From Setoptus koraiensis (Eukaryota > Animalia > Arthropoda): a stretch of 64,000 bases of DNA. The stretch spans positions 15,128,001 to 15,192,000 of the forward strand of contig CM106585.1 of the NCBI GenBank assembly GCA_048013815.1. Direction: 5' to 3'. The notes under the pieces were generated by a model. The model had not been told where the DNA came from. It saw only the letters and a list, made by a program, of their open reading frames with translations, and ran no database searches. Each line of letters begins with the position of its first letter. Positions within the stretch are counted from its first letter, which is position 1. Of this stretch, positions 10,001 through 18,782 are shown in pieces. The position numbers and the translations under genes are program-made.

Positions 10001-13000
10001 AGTATGAAAATGAGCGAAATTGCCGCAGTAAGATCAGAGTTGAGATGAGAGTTAAAATTAAGTATAAAATTAAAATTAAAATTGCATTAGCGGCGGCCCA
10101 ACGGCGGCCCACAGGCTAATGCGATGCTAATGCAGGCCCGCCAATTTGAAACGAGGCTAATAGCAACTAATGCCAGTGGACAGGGTCGGGGTCGCGCGAA
10201 AAAGAAAACGTTTTGCCGGTATAGTTTTGATTTACTGCTTGCCCGCTTGCCGATTCGGCGCCGTCTATCGCGTAAATTGTTTGTGTGTAATTTGTTTGTG
10301 TTTGCACTGCGAATAAACGGCTTCATTATTCGCGATTCGCAACTCGAGAGCCCGATACAGCCCGATAAAGCCCGATAAAGCCCGATAAAGCTCGATAAGA
10401 GCCAGATAAGAGCCGGCGAGACAGCGCCAGCCAGCGAAAGGATTATTCGCGCAATTATGACTGCAAGCGGCAAGCGGCGAGCGGCAACAAGTGGCGAGTG
10501 CCGAGTTCTTTTAATAAGTGCCAACACAATCGTTGATTATACATGCTAAACTAACACGAACAATCGTTTGCCCCCGCCACTCGCAACCCGCCACTCGCAA
10601 CCCGACGACTCGCAACCCGACGACTCGCAACCCGACGACTCGCAACCCGACCACGGTACCCAACGGCGCCCAACGACGCGCGACGAAACCCAACGACGGC
10701 GCCCAATGATGCCCAATGATGCCCAATGATGCCCAATGACGCAAATGCAGTGCCGGGTATAACGGGCGCGCTCATGCTGGTAATATTGATTCTGATGAGC
10801 CTATCGTCGACTAATCTCATTAGGAGCTCATCGTATGATTTATTTCATCATTTGCACAAGCTCTTCATACTATTTGTCATATTGTTGTATTTGCATCCGT
10901 CAAGGTGAGTTCTCGAACTGACTCGCTACTCGTTGGCTCGTTAGTGCGCTGGTGCGATTTGCAATGGCGTATAAATATTGCGGATAAATTGCAAGCCATT
11001 GTGCCATGATATGTTACGCACCTCGCCACCGAGTTGTAAGCTAGCCAACGAGTTGCGAGTGACTCGCAATAAGCGAGCGTTATTATCGGCCAGCAATAAT
11101 GATAACTCGAATGATGATAATAATTTGATTGCAACAACTCGTTTTATCCGCTCAATTATTTCGCTACTGCGTCTATCGCGTCCATCGCGTCCATCGCGTC
11201 TATGGCGTCTCTGGCGTTGATGGCGTCTCGGCGTTGATATAATCGCATCATTATCGCATGATCGTTATTAGCCATATATTAAAAGAACAATCCAACGTGG
11301 CCCGACACCATCCGGATTACTGTTACGGCCTGCGCTATGTGTCGTCCGTCTCATCGTCCGGCCCGCCAGAGCCATTGTCCGGCCCGCCAGTGCCATTGTC
11401 CGGCGCTGTTTCGCCCGCGCCGTGGCTGCTCATTCCCGATGGTCAAGCAAAGTCGAACTTCACAACAACAGCAACGACCGCCGACCGTCAGCGCGCCTCA
11501 TCGAATTCGAGCGCAACAACAAGTGCGCCACCAATTAACAATCACGCCAATAACAATAACTCACACAAGCTCGCTAACAATGACACAACAGCGACAACAG
11601 CGACAACAGCGACAACAGCGACGACAGCGACAACAGCAACAGGAAATGAGCGCAACAAGCGCACAAGCGGCGCCATTGTTGCAACAAGTGCCAGCGAATT
11701 GTCGGACGGCCTAGCGGCCGGCGGAGGCTCGCCCCTGACACGAGCGGATAATTCATCTCGGCCGGCGCTGTCAATCTTGGGCGAACGCAGCAACGCCACG
11801 GCCCAGATGAGAGGCGACAAAAAGCGACACAACAATCGCAATCAAAATGACAACAATAATGAACAAAATGACAACCAACGACACAACAACAACAACAAAG
11901 ACAAAATAAGCAGATTATGTGTGGACGCGAGGCCATTGTTTGTGTCACAATGCTCTATTTCGTGGTATGTGCTGTCGCTGGGATTATCCTGTTTTTTGTT
12001 GGATTCGCTGCTAAGACGACTTCGAAGAAACAAGCACCCAATTGAATTGCTGTGCACCAATTTCGACACCGAGGGCAATCTGTTGGAATTGGTGCTGTCC
12101 AACAACCACAAACGCTTCCAAAATTGGCTGCCCGGTCAGTATGTGTACCTCAATTGTCCGAGCGTGTCCAAGGGCGAGTGGCATCCGTTTACGATATCGT
12201 CCATGTGCCAAACAACCATGACATTGCACATAAAGACCAGCGGCGATTGGACGCGAACACTGCGCCACCAACTGCGCCAGCTCGATTGTCGCCGGGCCGG
12301 GCCGGCGGCCGCGCTTGTGCGGGCCGGCGCGACGGACGCCAGCCGACAGTCGAGTCACCATCATTACAGCAATAATAATAATAATAATATTATAAATAAT
12401 CACCATACCACCCATCAAATCAACGCCAGCAACGGCAACAGCAACAGCGGCAACAACAGCACCGGCTCATGCCTGCCAACCCTTGATCACCTTGATGCTA
12501 ATGGACACACTCAGGTAAAATGCACAAAAATTGTTATGACCGTTGCACAGGTAGACAGTCCATTAGAAAGGGTTACATCATCAACATCCAATGGCGGCTG
12601 CTACGGTCACTGCAGAGCGGGTGACGGTAATTTGATTAGCGAGCCAGTCAACAGCAACAACAACAACAGCAACAACAACAACAGTGTAATTGTTGTTCTC
12701 ACCGATCACACCGCCGACAAAAACAATTATCCGCTGGCTGACGGCGGCCCAATTGATTGGAAAGTGTCCAGTTGTTGCAACAGCAACAACAACAGCAACA
12801 ACAGCAACAACAGCGACAACAACAGCGACAACAACAGCAGCGCCAACCGACAGCGACAGTTCACAATTCATATTGATGGCCCGTTTCACTCGCCCTTCGA
12901 GCGCATACTATACAGACAAAATGTGAGCATTTGCATAGCAAACGGAGTGGGCTGGACGGCCTTCTCGTCGTTGTTGCAATACTTAATTGACGACCAATTA

Positions 13001-14281
13001 AAACTGGCCCCTCTACGCCCGACAAACACAAACACAAATGCACTGACTGAGCCAGTCAGCAAGCACAATGACCAAACCAGCCAGCTTCCGGTGCCAAACG
13101 CGCCCCTGGCGGCGCTCGATGTGCAGCCCACGCGTGATGCCACGAGACAGAGGTCGCCAGCGACGCCCGACTGCTGCAACGCCAACAAACTAAATACAAA
13201 ACTTCATCTCATCGTTATAGTTACTACAATAGAGCAGCTCAGGCCATTTTACAACATAGTGAGACAGTATTACGACACCATCGCTCAATTGCGACTTCAG
13301 CAACAACAGCAGCAACAGCAGCAACAACAGCAGCAACAGCAGCAACAACAACAACCACAACAACAAACCATTAGCAACGACAAACACTTGAGACGGCATT
13401 TGTCGACGCTCGCAATCGCCACCACCGAACCAAACATTTTGCCGGGCGCCGACAGTCGACAATTATGCGGCCATCAGTGCGCAATGCACGATCCCGTCCG
13501 AGAGATTTCGGCCTACATAACGAGACGTGAGTACTCGCCACAATAATGATCCGCCAGAATTTTTTCTCACATTTGTATTTGTATTTACATAACGTCTCGA
13601 TATTCACTAATCATGATCACTAATGAACTCGCACCAATTTGCGCTGGCACTGAACGCTGCTTACCTGTGGCTAATCTCTCTCACTCTGTTTGTATTTTAT
13701 CCACTCCATGCGTATATTATCCCGTTGTGCGTATTATCCCGTTGTGCGTATTATTCCAACGACATGGCGCTGCCCGCAAAATACCCGCCGCCGCAGAGGA
13801 CGCAAAATCTGCCGACGTGTCGGCCTTCAAACGAGAGCTCGCCCAAGCGAGCCCCTGGACCGGCCAGCCGGCGACAAACTGTCCCGGCCCGACTACAAAC
13901 TGTCCCGGCCCGACGAAAAACTGTCCCGGCCCGACGACAAACTGTCCCGGCCCGACGAAAAACTGTCCCGGCCCGACGAAGAGCTGTCCCGGCCCGAGGG
14001 CCCAACCAGAGCAAACGTCAGGCCAGCCACAGTCGCGCGATCGCCATGAGGAGATGGTGAGATTAAATGACAGGTTCAGCGTGATATTTGGCCGGCCCAA
14101 TTTCGACGAATACTTCCAATATGTCATTAAATTGTACCCGAGTGAGGACAAGACTGGCGTGTTTTGTTGCGGCTCGCGCCGGATCAAGAAGGACGTGAGG
14201 CATTTGTGCAAGCAGCTCAACCGGAGCTCCGCGGATATCGGCATCCCGCGACGCTTCTCGTATCACGAGGAGGACTTTTGA
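4001..14281 (+). CDS. Nox4: NADPH oxidase, Nox4-type (no EF-hands); 6 exons, about 1366 aa (about 1291 aa if the downstream last-exon acceptor is used)
   Basis: Exons 4001-4150, 8476-9409, 9865-9987, 10751-10904, 11272-13526, 13797(or 14022)-14281. All introns are GT-AG and phases close (0,1,1,2,1). Spliced translation follows human NOX4: CWTFINCVIFLLSYLNY..RYLYKMLS|EGLCTSRAAAMIINFCLLLIWLPMCK; heme His motifs IHIT, VVHIVAH, FHHLHKL, LYLHP; PGQYVYLNCPSVS..WHPFT (FAD); GDWT; IDGPF; GRPNF; GVFCCG; terminal EEDF. Exon 1 is below the ORF-track cutoff; the start could be ATG 4001, 4010 or 4019. Confidence 0.9.
6642..6745. repeat. 26-bp minisatellite, about 3.5 copies, internally palindromic (Nox4 intron 1)
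   Basis: Unit tgttcgacaacatcggttgtcgatgt, period 26, no spacers. Confidence 0.85.
8368..8457. repeat. 15-bp tandem repeat x6 (catttatccgctcac) just upstream of the Nox4 exon 2 acceptor
   Basis: Six units read directly, with ctcac/tccgc variants. Confidence 0.9.
13874..13996 (+). repeat. 21-bp tandem repeat x6 reading (T/K)(N/S)CPGPT in the Nox4 frame
   Basis: Core ctgtcccggcccga recurring with period 21. Confidence 0.9.
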
Positions 14282-15168
14282 CGCGACTTCCGGCGCGACT
14301 GACTGACAATCAAATTGCATTGATCAAATTGCATTGATCGAATTGCCTAGATCAAATTGCTGTATCAATCAAATTGCTATTGTCAGTGTTCATGTACGGC
14401 AAACGTATGGCCGTGTTGTTGCTGGGCCTAGTTGATCGACAATCGGTGCCGATCGATACCTAATGATTTGGCAAGCGACTGATCTGATGATGCTGACGAT
14501 GGCAACTGTCAAAAATATCCACTATCATCGTCATGTTGCCATCTACCGACAGATAAAATCAAAGTGTGTCTAGATGCGTCAAGATAATAAGACTTGACAA
14601 GTGTTCTCAACAAGCGCAACAACCAAACAAACGAACGAAACAAAAACTATTCTCGGCTGTGATCTAATAATATTGTGCATATCTCAGTGAAATGCAGATT
14701 GCATACATATTCTTGCGACTGTGTGTGTGTGTGTTGTTTTAAATCAAACGCAACAATTGTAAATAAACCGTCATTATCCCCCACCCGTGCGCTCATCCGT
14801 AATTCATCATTCGCCATTCATTGCTAGCTATGCGTCGTCCGTCATTCACTATTCATATTCATTATTGGTGCCCATCAGACAAATAGTATAAATCTCGCTT
14901 TGATTGATGTCCCGTCGCGGCAACCGACAGCTCGCCGGCAAACGACGGCTCGCCGGCATCGAGCCGATATTTCGCTCGTGAACAATGTTTCACATTTGAA
15001 TAATGCTCACAAGTTGCATGATCATTGATCGGCGAAAATCGCCCAATCCGCTCATTGTGACATGCGAGGACACACGAATTGTCCGACACAATCCAGCAGC
15101 GGTAACCATGCAAAAAGACGCATTAGCAATGAGATAATTTAGAGGCGCGAACGCCAATCAAGCCCGGC

Positions 15169-15212
15169 AATAAATTCACACAAGCGCATTATTTATTGCT
15201 TCAATATTTATT
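15169..15212. terminator. Opposed polyadenylation signals between convergent Nox4 and AGMO
   Basis: AATAAA on + at 15169-15174; AATAAA on - at 15192-15197 and 15207-15212. Another + AATAAA at 14762-14767 could be the actual Nox4 signal. Confidence 0.4.
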
Positions 15213-15412
15213 ATTCGTTTCCGCTTCCATTCGTCCGAAACCGAACAACCGTCCAATTGGCTCATTGCATCTCACACTGGCCGTCATCGTTTATGGCCGC
15301 AAGTGCAGCAATTCGGCAATCCAGTTTCTCGTTGACAGTTGATGATGATTGACTCGTTGACAGTTGATGATGATTAACTCGTTGGCAATAGCAACATAAC
15401 GGCGCTGTTTGT

Positions 15413-18400
15413 TTATCTAGCTGTTGTTGGTGGTCGTTGTCGCAAATGTCTAACTAGAGCAGGGAACAACATCAAGTGTTCGCCTATCTTGTTGCTGCTG
15501 GTGCTGTCATTTGATATTGACAGTTGACTATCTGATTTGATCTGATTTGATTGGTCTGATTTGTGATATGCTGTCACATTGCTGTTAATGCTGCTGTTGT
15601 TGTTGCGCATTAAATGATCAATGGCAGTGTAGCCCACATAGAGTGAATTGATGCCGATGGATATCTTGAAAAATATACGGATCAGGGCCAACAATGTCGT
15701 TGTGAGCTGTTGATCGACATAATACAATTCAATTCCGTGCTCCATTATGGGCAACAGTTTGTGTTCGACGAGTAAAAATGCAACGCATCTAATTAGTTCC
15801 ACCGCATGAGCAAACCATCTATTGTCCAATATAAATCCGAATGACGTTATAGACATCAACAGGCCCAAAATGCCCATTGTTACAACGCTCTGAGTGAACA
15901 TTATCTGGCTCATGGTGAGCTCGTGATAAAACAACAACATCATTAAAAAGTGAATTAACACATATGCCGACTGCCACAAGGCTATTGGCGGATCGTAGCT
16001 GTTTATTGGACGCACCAATTCGGGTATGTCGCTCAATTGGCCCATTCGTGCCAGGCCCGGCCTCCAGCCGGGCCCCTTGATGCAAACGAACAGTTTGTTC
16101 AGCAGGCCCTTCGTTCGCCAGGCGCGCCTCATCATTTGCCACTCGGGCTGGAATTGCAAATAAAACGGATTGAAACTTCTCAGCGGGTGCACTATGCCAT
16201 AAACGGGCGGATCTTTTATTGGGTCCTCTTTGGCGAACGTCCCGAACAATCTGTCCCAAATAATCAGCATTCCTCCATAGTTTTTGTCTATGTAATTCCT
16301 GTTGCGACTGTGATGCACCCTGTGATGGCTCGGTGTGTTCAGTATGAGCTCTAAGGGGCCCAAATTGTCGATTATTTCAGTGTGAAGCCAGACCATAAAC
16401 AATTCGCTTAATTGTAAATGTGCCAAGAAAATCTGCGGCGGTATGCACAAGGCCAACGGTACATAAGTGAACTGGTTCGAACCGTTCGAAAGCCGTTTCA
16501 TGGTGAATAGATAAGAGATAAGAGATAATAATAATATTAGAATTGGATTAGAATGTCGCCAACTCCGGGCCGCACAAATAAGTCGATTCAGCCGCGGGCT
16601 AAATGAGCAGAATTGGGAAAATGGGCTCAGGGATAAATCAGGGATACTGGTATCATTGGGCAATAGGTAGTTGGGGGTATTTGGGGTACTAACCCAAGCA
16701 GTGAAAGGCTGGAGGGGTGTTTGTCTCAGTGCGGTTACCACAGAAAATTCCTCTGAACTGTGATGGGCTGTTGTGTGGTGATACGGCGGACACAGTGATG
16801 ACACAGGTTGTTGTAAATGGCAACTCTTGGTGGTGACTCTATTCGTCTATTTACATCTAACCGGAAGGCAAGATAATAAAGGACAGCAAAGTATGTGAAC
16901 AACATCGACACTCACCTTGATGCGCGGCCCAAATGAAGTTTACCTCTGTGTTTCGACAAAACGATTGGCAAAATAATCAATTAAATAATTGATGAAATAA
17001 TTGATGAGATAATTGAAAAGAAAAAGTTTGCGAATATTGCGCAATTAGGGCCAGTCGAATCACAGTTGGCCATTGCAATGTTGACAACGATCAAGTTGTC
17101 GAGCTCAATTGATTTGATTGAGCAGTGGAAGGAGTTTCGGGATAGCCAAGAACTGTAACAATATTAGCTTATTCACTCACCGTGAGCCAGCCGATGGGCC
17201 CAATAAAATGAGAAGTCGACACTCAAATAGCAGAGCCACCAAGTCCACAACGATTGCCATGGTAACGTTATAAGCCGGAAGTTGTTGTAGATCAAACAAT
17301 ACATGATCACCTCAACACTTCTCACTTTGATTCTGACATTTGATGATTGTTGAGACATTGGTTTGTTGAGATAATGGTGTGATTAATTAATTTGATTAAC
17401 TTGATTCAAAGATAAGTGATTGCATCAAGCAAGTAATCGCATCGTGAGTAGTGTGGTGGTCAATATGATTAAATCATGTCTTTAAAACCTGCCTATGATT
17501 AAATCATTTAAGGGTCTTTTTTATAACGTCCATTTTTGATTTAAACCGTGATTAAAAAGGGCATTTTTGGTCGAAATGATTATTTTTCTTTTTTGGTTTT
17601 TATTGCATGGATTTTACTCAGAATTTCTGGATTAAATGGTTTTTATCGGCAATAGAAACCATAAAGACAAATTTTTGATTTAAACCATGTTGATCAGTTC
17701 GAGTGACAATGTATATGTGTGTCAGTGCGAAGTCGATAGGTGTCGCATGTCATAATTTTGCATGTGTTTTTGATACAAAATGATTTAAATCATGATCGAA
17801 ATGGTTTTTAATTCCAATTTGATTAAAATCAGACGACTTAAAAACCATTACGTCCATTTTATTTAAAATCGCTATTAAAACCATGGTTAAAACCAACTAA
17901 AAAACAAGAAAAAAAAATTAATCATTTCGTCCAAATAAAAGCCAGTGGTTTAAACTTTTTGGTTTTAACCACCATAAAATCCACGACGATGGAAACAAAA
18001 AGACCACCACACTAATCGTGAGGCTACATTCATTCTGTATGAAACTCGTTCTGCATGTGACTCGTTCTACGAATTACGTTTGTTCCGGCGTTGAATTGTA
18101 ATATTCGACCGACGAGCGGAGAGAGGGAGAGAGCGAGAGATGAGAGGATAGAGAGCCAACAATTACCTGAGGCACTCCTGGAATACTCCCTGGCTCAGCG
18201 AGGCCACACTGTGGTTCAATCTGATAGCCTGGCGGCCCTGGTACAGTCTGATCAAGTTTTCAATTATCACCATAAAGATAAACACCGGAAACATCTGAGC
18301 GCAGATTGAGCAGCAAATTGAAAATTGACCAGTGAAAATTGGTCATCGGTATCATTATTAATTAATTATTAATCGGCTAATAAATTGTTAAATTAATTAG

Positions 18401-18782
18401 CTGAGTTTGATCTAGACTAAATTAGTCAATCACTCACCTCTGCCACGTAGCGGGGCACCTGGTCCAGCGAGGCGAACATAGTTTCAGAGGGCAGCACCAG
18501 GTAGAACATGTATCGCAATTTGTCGCACAAATAATAGAGTAATTTCGTCCCATAGGTTGACCAATCGCGCGCGCTTGAATTCACCAGCAGCATATAGATG
18601 GCATCGGTTGTCGTATGCCGGTGCCCATTTGGCCCATTGGCGGATACTGTGATATTGTGCGTGCTGATTGCGTCATAATTGAATAAATCATATGACACAT
18701 TGTTGTAGTTGGTGAGGGTAGTTGTGGCGTTGCTGGCCAATGGTAGTAGGAGTAATTGAGCGAATGATAATATTTGCTCCAT
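15413..18782 (-). CDS. Agmo: Alkylglycerol monooxygenase (fatty acid hydroxylase superfamily); 6 exons, about 595 aa
   Basis: Exons 18782-18438, 18294-18167, 17332-17181, 16945-16916, 16767-16694, 16471-15413; GT-AG with phases 0,2,1,1,0. Translation is colinear with human AGMO: RYMFYLVLPSETMFASLDQVPRYV, LPWQSLWTW, YWAHRLAHEVNFIWAAHQAHHSSE, WLHTEIIDNLGPLELILNTPSHHRVHH, DKNYGGMLIIWDRLFGTF, KGPGWRPG. All His boxes are present. Confidence 0.93.
17449..18014. mobile_element. Non-autonomous hAT-type DNA transposon (MITE), 566 bp, in AGMO intron 2
   Basis: Perfect 13-bp terminal inverted repeats TAGTGTGGTGGTC (17449-17461) / GACCACCACACTA (18002-18014), flanked by an exact 8-bp direct repeat ATCGTGAG (17441-17448 and 18015-18022). 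AT-rich interior, no ORF in the track. An 8-bp TSD with short TIRs is the established hAT signature. Confidence 0.9.

Noticed and set aside
8506-14281. Calling the oxidase Nox5 or Duox because of its length
   Set aside because: No EF-hand or peroxidase domain; exon 1 and the TM segments follow NOX4; the extra length is low-complexity insertion.
15413-16804. Treating the 463-aa ORF as a single-exon gene
   Set aside because: It reads through a stop-free intron and begins in intronic sequence; four upstream exons supply the first His box.
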